Origin: the human T2T-CHM13v2.0 reference genome, Homo sapiens
DNA: 64,000 nucleotides
Assembly (NCBI RefSeq): GCF_009914755.1
Contig: NC_060928.1
Reading direction: 5' to 3' (one strand)
In this document: piece by piece, positions 14,425-27,597 of the stretch
Layout of the letters: every line of letters starts with the position of its first letter
How positions within the stretch are numbered: the stretch's first letter is position 1
Translations under genes and position numbers: made by a program
Notes under the pieces: generated by a model
Database searches by the model: none
Told to the model about the DNA's origin: nothing
What the model saw: the letters and a program-made list of their open reading frames with translations, nothing else

Positions 14425-15250
14425 TAATGGTCTCCCATGGGTCATGCTTGAGAGAGTTTTATTTGACCAAATGCATATAAAAAAAATTGTTGGGATTAAG
14501 GGCCAGTATTTTCAAATTGGAAGATTTCACATAAAAATCAGATCTCCAATTTTTCTTGAAAAATCAGGCAGTCCCAACACTGAGTTGTATTCTCAAAGAC
14601 GAATATTGTAGTGTAGTCACTAAGGTGGTTTCCAATGATGCTTACCTCCTGGTTTGCATGCCTTTGTCAAATCTCCTCCCCTTGAGTGTGTGGTGAACTT
14701 GGCTCACTTCTAATTAACAGAATCCAGCAACAATGATAGGATGTCACTTCTGAGATTGGGTTACAAAAAGACTGCCTTCCATCTTTCTTCCTCGCTTGCT
14801 CTGGAGAGGCGCTGACTGCCCTATTATGAGCTGCCTTAAGGAGAGACCCATATGAAAAGGAACCAATTCCATCAGCCACCAGCCACCAGGGACCTGAGGC
14901 CTGCCAACAACCACATGAATGAGTTCAGAAGTAGATCCTCCCTCAGTTGAACCTTAAGCCAAGACCACAGACACAGCTGACACCTTTATTATTGTCTTGT
15001 GAGAGACCATGGATTAGAGGACCCAGTTAAACCATGCCTGGATTCCTGGCCCACAAAAACTGTGAGAAAATATGTTTGTGTTTTAAGTCAATACGTGTTG
15101 GGGTAATTTGTTACCCAGCAATAGATAACCATTGCAGTAACCATTAGTGATCAGGTGGAGCTGAGCACAGCTGTGCCCTTTGGAAGGCATGCATTCTCTC
15201 TGCTTGCACTTGTCCAGCCCACCCATGGTCATTGAGACCCTGCTCTATGC
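14425..15250. mobile_element. hAT-Charlie MER102/Charlie8-like element, split by an MLT1F LTR
   Basis: AATTGGAAGATTTCACATAAAAATC...TTGAAAAATCAG; resumes as GGAGCTGAGCACAGCTGTGCCCTTT after 15136. Confidence 0.65.
14607..15136 (+). mobile_element. MaLR solo LTR, MLT1F1-like
   Basis: CTCCCCTTGAGTGTG...GGATGTCACTTCTGAGATTGGGTTACAAAAAGACTG...CAGCAATAGATAAC. Confidence 0.85.
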
Positions 15251-15279
15251 TGTGTATTAATCCACTATTCATTCAGTCA

Positions 15280-16515
15280 CCCCATCAGGACCTCCCTTGA
15301 TCCACCAGTTACTCAGTGCTATAGGAGATACCTCTGGTTTTCATTCCCTCTTCTTTGCTCTGCATGTCCTAATCATGGTTCGATCCCTCCTATTATCTTG
15401 CTTGGACTTTGGCAGCTATCTCCTAATTCCTCTCAGTTTCTTGTCCCACTCACCTCCAATTCATCCCTCCATGCTGCTGCCAGACAGCTATTTCTAAATG
15501 CTCTTCAGGATGAAATCTAAACTTTTGGCTTGGTTTCCAAGGCCCTCCAGGATGACCAAGCCCCCCTCACGCTCCAGCCACATCTCTCCCACACCTCCCT
15601 TTGCCGCTGCTGGGAACTATGCACTCTAGTCACCCGAAACTCCTCACTCCTCCTCAAATGCGCCTAGCTGCACCATATTTCTGGGCCTTTGCCCACCCTG
15701 ATCCGTTGGCCTACAATGAAATGCCCTTCTCTGCCTCCCTGCCTCATGACCACACCTCACCTTTCTAGCATCACCTCCTCCGTGAACCCCTTGCTAAATC
15801 ATGCCCCCAAGCAATCAACTGCTGCTTGCTGGTGCCCCTATAGCCATCTGTTCATGCTGCTCTCTTGGTGTCTGGATCACCCAATCACACTTGCTGCCTC
15901 ATCTGTCATTATCTCACCTGGAGGGAATGGTGGCAAGATCACCACCTCTGTACCTGCATTGTCCAGCATAGTGCCAGTACAGGGAGGGGACTCAACTCAC
16001 AACAGTGTTTCTGCAAAACAACAACAATAAAAATGTCTCCATTGTTTCCCCTTAATGCCACCACTTGACAGTTCCCCTACCTGGAATAGAAGCCACCCAA
16101 CTTTCCTTCTATTTATTCTTTAGGTCACAGCTTAAGCGACATTCTCTCAGAGACCATTCCCTAAGCCCTTAGATCACACTGATGCCGCCTTTAATAAGAC
16201 TCAACACTGCTGTAATCACCAACATGGCATCCCAGTGATTTGATTATATATTTGTTTATTTAATGCCTACAACAGTCCTATCAGGGTTCTCCCAGTTGAC
16301 AGACGAAGAAACTGAGGCATTTGAACCCAGGCAGTATGACTTAGGGTCTATGTGCCTGAATAGGCACTCTTATAGTACCTGTTTATCAGCCACCCTCCCA
16401 CCTCCTACACAAACAAACCATTAGACAGTAGGCTCCAACAGGGTCAAGCCTAACTTGTCCCTAATGTTCCCCAACCCAGTGGCTGCTACAAAGTAGGTAT
16501 ATGAATGGATTGACT
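15280..16515 (+). mobile_element. L2 fragments with an embedded antisense MIR (about 16260-16350)
   Basis: Pyrimidine-rich L2 3' body; GAAGAAACTGAGGC MIR core. Confidence 0.65.
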
Positions 16516-16934
16516 CTGAATTCCTGAGAACAGATGGACAAATGAATTTTGAAATTCAGTAATCTATACCTGGTCGCCTGGGTCAAGAGATGCAACTCTA
16601 AATAGCTCACCTCGTAGAGCCAGGTGGAGTTTGCCACATTTCATGACAAGGTCAGGTGTCTAAAGTTTGATAATGCAGAGATTCCAGAGCTGGTTGCAGC
16701 CTTCTCGGGAAACAGGAGATATCTAAGCTCCATATTTGGTCATGAGTGCCCTGGTAACTGCTCTGACTCTGCCCATTGAGGGCTCCAGGAATTCTCAAGT
16801 GGACCCTCAAGAATGTATCAACTTCTCATAGAGAAGGAGCTGATGTCTGTTAAGCCCTCCTACAATGCTCCAGGAACTCCCTGACAGAAGCTCCGATCCT
16901 CACAATTCTCCAGGGACACTTTGCTGTGAGAATT

Positions 16935-17170
16935 TAAGCTCTGACTGGATACTCCATGAGGGCAGGGCTCTGTATTCCCAGCACCTAGAACAGCTCATGG
17001 TGGCTCATGGTGGGTGTTGAATAAGTATTTGTTGAGTGAACTTTAGAGATGAGGACACAGGCTTGGGAAGTTCAAGCGTCCTACCCATCACCACACAGCT
17101 AGTAAGTTGTGCAGTCAGGATCTCCATGCAAGGCTCTCTGTAGCTAAATTCATGCTTTTCCCAGTATTTC
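16935..17170. mobile_element. L2 3' end (+) followed by MIR (-)
   Basis: TAAGTATTTGTTGAGTGAA, then GATGAGGACACAGGC...CACACAGCTAGTAAGT. Confidence 0.7.
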
Positions 17171-17456
17171 ATACTTATTCCACATAATTACCCATTCCCA
17201 AGTAAATTCTCAGTATTGTTAGGGTCTTGAGAGTTCAGGGGTGAGAGCCATGTTACCGAAGGCCCAAAATGCGGCTCTTAAAATTTGTGCTTATGTGAAT
17301 TGAGCTGGCTGTGGATATCAGAGAACTTCAGAAACTCTTCAGCCTTAAAGCAGATTGCAGCGATGGGAATGTGGAAACCATATTCTAAGGGGCTAGTGGA
17401 TCCCCTTCCCCCACAGTCCTCAAGCCAATCTTTTCCCTTCATTATCACCGTCTGCC

Positions 17457-17481
17457 AAAAAAAAAAAAAAAAAAAAAAAAA
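17457..17481 (+). repeat. poly(A) tract, 25 nt
   Basis: Directly visible; no upstream retroelement body recognised. Confidence 0.95.
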
Positions 17482-17506
17482 TCAGAAAGGCTCTTTTTGC
17501 ACTCTC

Positions 17507-17555
17507 TTTCCTGAACGTTCATGTCAGCAGGCTCTCTTCCTGAACATTCGTGAGC
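17507..17555. promoter_or_regulatory. two tandem consensus heat-shock elements (putative HSF sites)
   Basis: TTCctGAAcgTTC at 17508-17520 and TTCctGAAcaTTC at 17537-17549. Confidence 0.45.
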
Positions 17556-18339
17556 CACTGATGTTTCCTGTTAAATGCATTGCTTTCAGGGCTGACTCTC
17601 CGGCTGGATTAAAAGGTATGCAGTCCTGTACAAGCATTAACTCGTGGCTGTGCACTGCATTTTTAAAGGCCCAGAGAGCTGCTGAAGTACGAAATGAAAT
17701 ATCTTTACAAATGACTGGCCTCATTTAGTCTATAAAAATGCTGGGCTCGTTATTTATGTGGATTACCTATCCCCTCATTATAAATCTTGGAGAGAAATTT
17801 CTATCTTCACCCTTTCATGTTACATATTTTTGAGATTCTATTTCTGTTATCTGCAAAGAAAAATTTAGCTTCCAGATGAAGTATTATGATTACCCTGCAA
17901 AAATAAATGATTCTAACTAGTTATAGAATAAGTGTTATTGGATATGAATTCATCAACCTCCTTGCCTACTATGCCCTTTCTTGTTTGGTGTGTGTGTAAG
18001 AACCAGAATATAATGATGGGTTTGCTCGGCAACTTATGTGTAGGGAAGCTCTGTTAACATCCGATTTGGAGAGCTGTGGCTCTCAATTTAGAAATTTGAA
18101 AATTGGTAGCAGTTGAGTTCAGAAAATATGTGTCTATGTGAGAAACTGATGTAACTAGCCTTATATGTTACTGAGTAAGGCTAGTATGGTCACTAGATGG
18201 CATAATTTGAGGCCAAGTATTAATATTGTTAGAGTTAGATTTGCTATTCCAGCTCACAGTGTTATTAATCTGGGGGTTAAGTGGTAGGGAAAAATCAAAT
18301 ATAGACTAGACCGTACTGAAGAGGTAGTATCCTGAGATG

Positions 18340-18812
<473 letters not shown>

Positions 18813-19279
18813 GATGTCTCCCCACCTAGCTCCCTTAAACTGGGGCTGTGATCTCACTTTAGCCTGCTGAGGCAAGCTGCATCCCACTCAGCTTTCCTCC
18901 ACCTTTCAGCCTAGGGTATTTTACAGTTTGTAGTTCCCTCTTATTCTCGATGTACTTGAGTTATCTTGTGTTTGCTAGTCAGATTATGGGTAGAAAATTA
19001 ATAAATATGGCTGAAAAATGTAAATGTTGGGAGGAGGAATCAAACGTCCGGGCTGGTTTCGCCAATCATTCACCTAGGCACGTTAGTTTCTTAATGTGGC
19101 CTCTGACTTGCTGTGCAGGATAGGAGTCTTGACACTGGTTCTCCTCAACACCCTGTAACCAGTCATCACAGAAGAGCCACACCTGAGGCCTCCAGCCTAC
19201 AGCGTGAGGAATCACAAAGATGAGGGTGGGACGCCATCTGCATCCAGGTGAAGGGCTCCGCCCCTGGAGCAAGACTGCC

Positions 19280-19410
19280 CGTGTGAGAATCCTGCCCTGC
19301 ACTTGCCAGCTGTGGGACGGTCGGTGCCAAATATTCTTATGCTGCACTGGCCTCATTGTGAAATGGGGACATGAATAATACTTCCTTGTTGTTAAGCATT
19401 TGTGTTAATA
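19280..19410 (+). mobile_element. MIR fragment
   Basis: GAATCCTGCCCTGCACTTGCCAGCTGTG...CCTCATTGTGAAATGGGGA. Confidence 0.6.
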
Positions 19411-19459
19411 TTCATATCAGCATTAGAATTATTTCAGCTTTTTTAGGTTTCAGAAATGA

Positions 19460-20035
19460 ACTTGTTCAGATCAGTTTCTGTTGGTTACAAAGAACAGACA
19501 TCACCCAAACAAGGTCAAGTAAAAGGGGATTATGAAGAGGTATGAGAGATTCTCAGGTTAATGAAGTGTGAGAAGTATAACCAAGCCTCATAGGAACTGG
19601 ACGGGCATCTATCTTTCTCTCTCTCCAAGCATGCAAGCATGCACGGGCAGCGCACACACACAGAGAGAGAGAATTCTTCATCGTTTCTCTCCCTGCATTT
19701 GCCCCATTCTCCATGGCAGATCAGCATCCTCTATTTCTCATGGTTTCTGCCCCTCCATACAACTTCAACTTGCATGTGGTGCGAGCCAGCCAGGGGCCTT
19801 GAATATGTAATTTTCATGGTCATGTAATCACAGGCACTGCATTTCTTCTGTCAAATTCTAGAGAGAAGCTGATGGAATTTTGGCCACATTATGGATTGAT
19901 TTTTTGGGGGACTCAGATGTGGTGCTCCCTGGTTCAGTCTGCTGTGATTGGTGAGTGTGGGTCACATGATACTGGAATAACTCTGTCCAAGGGAGGCAGG
20001 TAGGGCCCAGTAAGCTAAAAACAGGACTTCTACCA
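19460..20035 (-). mobile_element. very old MaLR LTR remnant (MLT1 group)
   Basis: TGTTCAGATCAGTTTCTGTTGGTTACAAAGAACAGA start and degenerate 3' part. Confidence 0.4.
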
Positions 20036-20390
20036 TAAAAAAACTTTAGAAGACAAATTTCACCTTAACTATGGAAACTGTTAAATTTTAAATTTCATAG
20101 AAAAATCTTTTCATAAAACATTACTCATTTTTTCATGTTTCATAAAACCACTTCTTTCTGATAAAAGTAATACATACATATTTTATACCTTTGGAAAATA
20201 TACACCAAGAATATTAAAAGTAAGAATCAACCTTATTTTTCCAATTTAGAAATTAACTGGGTTAACATTTTTATATTTATTTTTTCTCTAGTATTTTTTC
20301 ATTTTTGAGGTTATATTGTAACTATTATTTTGTAACATAGTTTTTCTCAGTTTGAATTCTCCAGGAACAAATTCTGAAATAAGGATTCCA

Positions 20391-20687
<297 letters not shown>

Positions 20688-20768
20688 TTCAAGAGCACAT
20701 AATTTATCTTTAAAACTATCCCAGGAAACACCAGTAGGAAAGTGGAAAAGAGATATAAGGAAGGGAAA

Positions 20769-21234
20769 TGTTACAGTCATTATAGCTGTGTAACAAATTA
20801 CTCCTGAGTGATACAAAACAACCACAGTGTTATTTTGCATAAGATTTGGTGCATCAGGAACTCAAGAAGGGCTCAGCTATAGAAGTCCACCAGGGCTGCA
20901 GGCATCTGAAAGCTCTGTTGGGCTGGATGTTCAAGATGGCCATTCCCATAGCTGGCAGGGGATCCAGATCTTTGCATGGGGCACCCCAGCATAGCAACTT
21001 CTGTTTAGTGAGACTTCTTAGTCTGTGACTAGTTTCCCCAAGAGTGAGCGCCCAAGAGAAGTAGATGGAAGCCAATGGCCTTTTATGGTCTATCCTTGAA
21101 AATCATACAGTGTCACTTCTGCCATCGTTTTCTATGAAAGCAGTTGCAAGCCCATGAGGGAAGAGACATAGATCCTACCACTTCATGGGAGGAGCGCTGT
21201 AGAACTTGAAGCCTATTAAAAAAAAATCACCACA
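20769..21234 (-). mobile_element. MaLR solo LTR, MLT1H-like
   Basis: GCTGTGTAACAAATTAC...GGGCTGGATGTTCAAGATGGC...CACCACA. Confidence 0.8.
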
Positions 21235-22232
21235 GAAAGAAAGCCAATAAATTGTATGTAGTTAATCCAGTTGGCACTGTGTTGCAGCAGGAGCTGAGTT
21301 CTGCTGGAGAAATCTAGAAAAATTTGAATATAAAAAACATCTCAAATTGTCCCAATGGAAGGCTGCGAAAACTAAGGTGTTCAACCATCAATTTCCCATT
21401 AATAATTGGTCAGGCTGGGGAGTGGGAAGAGGGAGCATTAATTGCCCTGGGAATGGAGAAGTTCCCTGGCTTTGATTTCTAGCATACTGGCCAGTGGAAA
21501 GCCTCAGGCAGAGAGTTTCAGGTCTTCACAGCAAGCAGCCTTTCAGCAACAGAGCTCTGCACAGAGATGAATGCCATGGGGTTCTGAGGAAGGTACCAAT
21601 AGTAACTGGCACAAATATCTTAAGCATTTTCTTTGTCATTAAATTCTCTCTGTGACAACTTTTAATGGTTAGATATTTTATTTTGTTTAATTAACATCTC
21701 TGTGCATCAAGCTGAGAGCTAGGGGAAGAAAAAAATCACACCGCGGTGTCAGTTAATGTCACTGCATGTTCTCTAACTTTGGGCCACCAATTGTTCATCT
21801 TTCTAATTTTCCTTAGCTCCCTCTCTTGACACCAAACTTTCACTTCTTTCCCTGAATCTCTTTTCAACTTGCATCCCATTTACTCTTAGCCGATGAGCTA
21901 ATCTGCTTCAGTGAGAAAACGGAGGTCAGCAGACAATCAGCCTCAACTTCATGTTCTCCTGCTGTAAACCAAAAATAAAATTCTAAGCCCCCAAATGACT
22001 GAATGGACTCCCCTCTTGGCCAAAGGGCTCCTAAAGAAACCTGAAAAACTAGTTCAGGCCATGACAGGAAGGGGAGGAGTTGGACATGCCTCATTATACA
22101 CTTCTCTCTTTGGAGTTTAGGCAACTGACCAGCATTAACATTAAAAGAGAGACCTTAAGACTGCGAAAGACTCTTTGTAGCAATAAGATACAAAATTCCA
22201 AACTGACTCTGGTAGAGCATCACATGGCAGAT

Positions 22233-22722
22233 TGTTGGAGGCCGACAGAGTGAGGGTCTTGATCAACTCAGTATACCACTGGAGGCTATATGAGTAAACA
22301 GCAAACTGTTCTCATAAGTGCAGAATGTTGGCAAACAGACAAACTGTCTGCCATCCAGAAGGAATGCTGAGGGCAGTCACAACCCAGGCACAAGTATTTC
22401 TTGTGATTAGGCACATCTGAAGCCTGTTAGCAATAATGTGATCAATCAAGCAGCTGACCAATAGTTACCTCCTTCTCCCTGCTCTTGCTACCCAATAAAT
22501 ACGAAGGGCTGTAGAAGCTCATGGCTGCTGCCTTTGCTCACTAGAAGCAAGGAGCCCTCTTCTTCGTCCCCTGGCCCCTTTCTTTAAAACAGTTTCTTTT
22601 AAGTCTTAATTTCTGCATTCATTCGTCCCCCTTCGTTCAGTCTCGTAATGTCGGTCTCAAGTAGTAACAGTAGTAACTGCTGTAATGAGGGTCTCAAGTA
22701 GTAATTGTGGCAGTCTGTCACA
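22233..22722 (+). mobile_element. HERV-K (HML-6) LTR3-like solo LTR
   Basis: TGTTGGAGGCCGA...CA, 490 bp, perfect 6-bp TSD GCAGAT (betaretroviral length). Confidence 0.85.
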
Positions 22723-23136
22723 GCAGATAGCAGGCCCTGAAAAAAAGATCAAAGTATTTTGCCCCTAAATATATTTCTCTGACATATTTTGAAATGGCCC
22801 TGCAAAGCTGTCTCTTGTGGGGGAAATTCTTGCATTCTATAGAGAATCTCCATCCCTTTTTAAGATCTGATAAGAGACCTTCGCCATCTATTCTCTCTGA
22901 AGCCTGTTATCTGGAGGTGACATAAACATGACAAGAACCTTGGCTTCCACAACCCCCTTTATCTTTTTTTATGGGTTGTAGTTCTTTTTATTATTCTTAA
23001 GAATGATACAAAGATAATCCAGCTTTGCTGTTGTCTAGGTGGATACTCTCAGCTTCTCTTTTTCTACTTTTAATACCTGGGTAATAAGATCTAAGAGGAC
23101 CTGTTCCAGAGAGTTCAAGGGAATGTTTTCTGATAA

Positions 23137-23888
23137 TTATTTATTTATTTATTTAAAGCTCTGGGGTAAATGTGCAGGATGTGCAGGTTTGTTACATAGG
23201 TAAATGTGGGCCATGGTGGTTTGCTGCACCTATCAATCCATCATCTGAGTAATAAGCCCAGCCTGTGTTAGCTACTTTTCCTGATGCTCTCCCCGACCCC
23301 ACAGGCCCCAGTGTGTGTTATTCCCATTTCTGTGTCCATGTGTTCTTATCGTTCAGCTCTCACTATGAGTGAGAACATGTGGTGTTTGTTTTTCTGTTCC
23401 TGAATTAGTTTACTGAGGATAATGGCTTCCAGCTCCATCCATGTTCCTGCAAAGGACATGAACTCACCCCTTTTTATGGCTGCGTAGTATTCCATGGTGT
23501 ATGTGTACCACATTTTCCTTATCCATTCTATCATTGATGGGCATTTGGGTTGATTCCATGTCTTTGCTATTGTGAATAGTGTTGCAATAAATATACAAGT
23601 GCATGTATCTTTATAATAGAATGATCTATATTCCTTTGGGTATATACCCAGTAATGGGATTGCTGGGTCAAATGGTGTTTCTGGTCTAGGTCTTTGAGGA
23701 ATAACCACACTGTCTTCCACAATGGTTGAACTGATTTACACTTCCACCAATAGTGTAAAAGCATTCCTATCTCTCTGCAGCTTTGCTAGCATCTGTTGTT
23801 TCTTGACTTTTTAGTAATTGCCATTTTGACTGGCGTGAGATGGTATCTCACCGTGGTTTTGATTTGCATTTCTCTAATGATCAGTGAT
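23137..23888 (-). mobile_element. 5'-truncated L1PA (about PA8A-11) carrying a 3' transduction
   Basis: ORF2 C-terminus (PFDPAIPLLGIYPK...TWNQPKCP), 3' UTR, (TAAA)n tail; TSDs at 22949-22965 and 23889-23905. Confidence 0.93.
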
Positions 23889-24929
23889 ACAAATCCCTTT
23901 ATCTTAACTCAAGCTGACTCCAATTCTTCAGGCAGAGCTTAATTCTTTGGACCAATTGCTAATCAGGAAATCTTTGAATCCACCTGTGACCTGGAAGCCC
24001 CCACTTCTAGATGTCCCACTTTTCCAAGTCAAACCAATGTAAACCTTAAATATATTGATTTATGTCTTTGCCTGTAACTTCTGTCTCACAACAATGTATA
24101 TAACCAAGTGGTAGCCCAACCACCTTGGGCACATGTTCTCAGGAACTCCAGAGGCTGTGTCACGGGCTATGGTTCTTCACCTTGGCAAAACAAACCTCTA
24201 AACTGATTGAGATCTATCTCAGATACTTGGTTTACACTACCTATCCATTTTCTCTATCTAACCCCTTTCTGATCCCTTTTCTCCCAATCTTAGAAGATAA
24301 GGAGTTCCTCCTCAGGTCAAGACCAGACCCCAACATCCCCATCTGTACTTGTACTTGGATCCCAACCTCATGCACTCCTGAGTTGTCTCTGCCTCTCCCT
24401 GGATCTTATCTCATTAGCCTGCCTCACTTTCTGCTTTATCTTCAGCCTCTCATTCTTTGCTTCTCCCTGTCTCCCTATAAACACACCCAAGGCTTTCTTC
24501 AGCCTAAAACCACATACCCTTCTCCATCTAACAACTATATAATCTCTCTCCTCATTTCCCATTCACTTCACAATCCACTGCATTGGAGTGTATTGCATTC
24601 TCTTCCCACTTTTCCTCAGAACTTCTCTCACCATGATCATCCATCAACCACCAATTGCCAACTCTGGAGGATAAGTTCTACTTCCAAGCTCTTAAACCCC
24701 TGCTGCACTTGAGTCCATGGATCATCCTCCTCCTTAAAGCTCTCTGTTCTCTAGGCCTCCAGGACTCTGCACTCTCCTGATTGGCCATACCTTATGAATA
24801 TTCCTTCTCTGTCTTTGATTGGTCACCCCTCCTGTGTCTAGTCCAAAATGCTGCTGTTATCTCTCTATTGCTTGCATTTTGTCTATACTTTCTCCCTAGG
24901 TAATCTTATTCTTTTTCATGCTCCCAATT

Positions 24930-25284
24930 ACAGATATTTTATCAGAAACTCTTGGAGCCAGATGGCTTCAGGGTTTAGGATTTTTAGATTTTGGAAAGGT
25001 AATATAACATATAGTAAAAATTACGTACTGGTCCCAGTAGAGTTTGGGACAGCACCCATAGTTAAACAAATGGATATTTCTGTAGCGAAACACAGAAATA
25101 TTCACACTAAGTAGGATTTTTCAAAGGGGCTGCAAATACTCCTCTCATATGTTCAGGTCATATTTTGGAGTCAAAGGGGCTCAAATCTGATCAGGCTTTG
25201 CCACCAAATAAGTTTTTAAAAAAACTTTGGCTTTTTAGATTTTCTTTTGAATTTGGAAACTACAGGTAAAGGATTATAGACAAA
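24930..25284. mobile_element. MER46C-like TcMar-Tigger MITE
   Basis: GAAACTCTTGGAGCCAGATG...GAAAGGTAATA...ATATTCACACTAAGT. Confidence 0.75.
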
Positions 25285-25435
25285 TACTACTGGTGTGCTG
25301 ATAACTCCAAAATCTTGTATTTCCAGATCATAATTCTCCCTGGAGCTTTAGGTTTAGGTATCTAAAAAGCCAGCTGGATACCTCAACCTGAAAGTCTTAC
25401 AGATATATCCAGCTCAATTCACCCAAAACTTGAAT

Positions 25436-25780
25436 GTCTTCCCATCTAAGGTCTGGTCCTCTAAGAAACACTCTGAAGCACATATCTGTGTACAAGATAT
25501 TTATCAATGGGACACCATTTATCAGCTCCTCCCTTGGAGCTCTGGGGCTGGAATGGCCCATCAGAGTTTTCCTGAATTAAGGAAAGCAGCCTGGCTTTTG
25601 CGCCCCTACATCAACCAGCCATTGAATGTGGGCTCTCCCTGTCATGGGAGTATAACCTTGAGCAAAGCAGCTCCCCTGGGCTACAGAGGGCTCAGCTGTG
25701 AGCCATCAGCAACCATCCTTCCTGGAGGCTGGGGAAATGATGGCTTCTGTCTTGAAGCAGAGCAGCACAGAATCCACTTC
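25436..25780 (-). mobile_element. ERVL LTR33-like
   Basis: GGAGCTCTGGGGCTGGAATGGCCC...CTCAGCTGTGAGCCATCAGCA. Confidence 0.7.
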
Positions 25781-26724
25781 AAGCTCTCGTTCTAGTTTCT
25801 GTGTGTGCCATCCAGCCAGGCACCCAAGTCAATAGCTTCTAGTCATCCCTGACTCCTCTCTGTTTCTTAGCACTTCTACATCTGATAACTCATCGTGTCC
25901 TGCCAATTTACTCTTCTAAAAATACTTAAAAATCTGCCTCATCTCCTCCATCCTTATGTCCAATGTCCTAATTCAGATTCACACTGTCTCTTTCTTGACT
26001 CGTTTACTGCAGTTGCCTCCTACCTGTTCTCCTTTCTTTCACTTTTTCCCCAGTTACACCGATTTCCCATGTATGTAACAGAACGAACTATGCAAAACTC
26101 AAATCTGGACACGGTGTTCTGGTGCTAGAAATGTTCTAATAGTTAACCATTGCCTACAGGGTAAACTCCAAGTTCCTTAGCCTATTATAAAAGGCCTCTC
26201 TGATCTGAGACCTGTCTAGCCCTCCTCAGCCACTTAGCTGGCTCACAACACTTAACATACTAGCCTCCTCCTCTACTTGCCTCTCGTTCCCCTCGCACTC
26301 TGCTGCTGCTTGCCTCCATGCCGGAGCTCATGTGGTCCTCTCTGTGTAGATGCCCTTCACTTCACACACAATTTATCCTATAAAAATTGGCTCAGTTGTC
26401 ACTTGCTTTAGGGACCTTCCCTAACTCCCTATCCCCAGTCTTGGTTGGGTGCCCCTTCTCTTTGCACTTATGATACCCTATCCATACATCTCCCACTGCA
26501 CTTAGCACACTGTGTTATAATTAGATGTGTTTGTGCTGTTGATTCTTGAAAGCCAGGACAGTGTTCTCATGTTTTCAGAAGTAAGGACATAATAGGCCCT
26601 TAGTAAAAGCTTGCTGAATGAATGAATGAATATGAGTTTTTTAACTCCAAAATCCATACATTTTCCTTTAAACTATGTTGTCTATGCCGCAGTGCCAATG
26701 CCTTCAGCATCCCTTGCTGCTCTG

Positions 26725-26985
26725 GTAATCATAATGGCTGAGGGTTTTTAGACTTTAGTGTGCACTAGGCACCGTGTTAAGGAATTCGTATACATTTTCT
26801 CATTTTATGCTTAACCAGTTTGGTAAGGAAAGCACCATTATTCTCTCATTTTCCTGTGGAAGAAACTGAAAATCTGAGGGCTTGGGTGACTTGCTGAAAG
26901 TCACATAGCTAGTAGGCAGTAGAGCTGGGATTTGAATCCAAGTATGCCTGACCTCAGAGCATGAGTTCTTAACCACTGTGCAACA
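26725..26985 (-). mobile_element. MIR, near full length
   Basis: GAAACTGA...GTCACATAGCTAGTAGGCAGTAGAGCTGGGATTTGAATCCA. Confidence 0.85.
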
Positions 26986-27129
26986 AGGCTTCTAGGAACC
27001 TCTGAAGCCTTGTTGAACTTCTGATCTGCAGACTTGAAGCTGCAAAGGAGCTCTTGAGAAGACATTTATTAAACCGAGGCTTAAAAGGTCTGTGTTTAGT
27101 CCAGAGTTCAGAACATGCCATTCTCCCAA

Positions 27130-27580
27130 ATAAAACTCTTCACTGACTTCCTACAGAACATTGAATAAACCCCAGATCTGAAAAATGGCTCATAAGGCCC
27201 TGAACACCAAGGCCCCTGCCTTTCTCTCCATCCTTATACCCTCCTGCTACACTCTTTCCAGTCCCACTGTTGTTCTCTCTGCAGTTGGAACACCCCAGCT
27301 CTTTCTAGCCCCAAGACCTTGCATGTTCTTTGCCCCATGTGACTGCCCATTTCTACAATCTTTTCCTTCCATTTATCTAAATGTGGCTTCATAAAAAGTT
27401 TTCAAAGTAGTTCCCATTATCATCAGCCTCATCTCCTTATTTCCTTCATAGCATTTATCATGATTTGTAAATATTTTATTTCTCTTTTGTTGCTTTTGTC
27501 TGTTCCACTAAAGCAGGGTCTGTTTCTTGTATTCCCAGAGCCTCATTCCATGAATGGAGGAATAGGTGTTAAATGAAACA
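27130..27580 (+). mobile_element. L2 fragment
   Basis: ATGGCTCATAAGGCCCTG...TTCCTTCATAGCATTTATCA. Confidence 0.6.
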
Positions 27581-27597
27581 ACTTTGTTGAAATTGTT

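Larger units (their letters stand above)
21963..24236 (+). mobile_element. ERV1 solo LTR, MER4E/MER4D-like, interrupted twice
   Basis: TGTAAACCAAAAATAAAATTCTAAG...GGTTTACA termini; 4-bp TSD CTGC/CTAC. Confidence 0.88.
21790..26631 (+). mobile_element. long L2 copy fragmented by MER4, MER46C and LTR33 insertions
   Basis: Collinear C/T-rich L2 segments (21790-21962, 24237-24929, 25290-25435, 25790-26631) ending TGCTGAATGAATGAATGAAT. Confidence 0.75.

Noticed and set aside
17457-17481. Poly(A) as the tail of a processed pseudogene
   Set aside because: No upstream AATAAA, no recognisable mRNA or SINE body and no TSD.
17285-17728. 147-aa ORF with a poly-Lys run
   Set aside because: TTG start, the Lys run comes from the A25 tract, and no recognisable domain.
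24125-24712. 195-aa ORF
   Set aside because: It crosses the MER4 LTR/L2 boundary; the pyrimidine-rich strand is poor in stop codons by composition.
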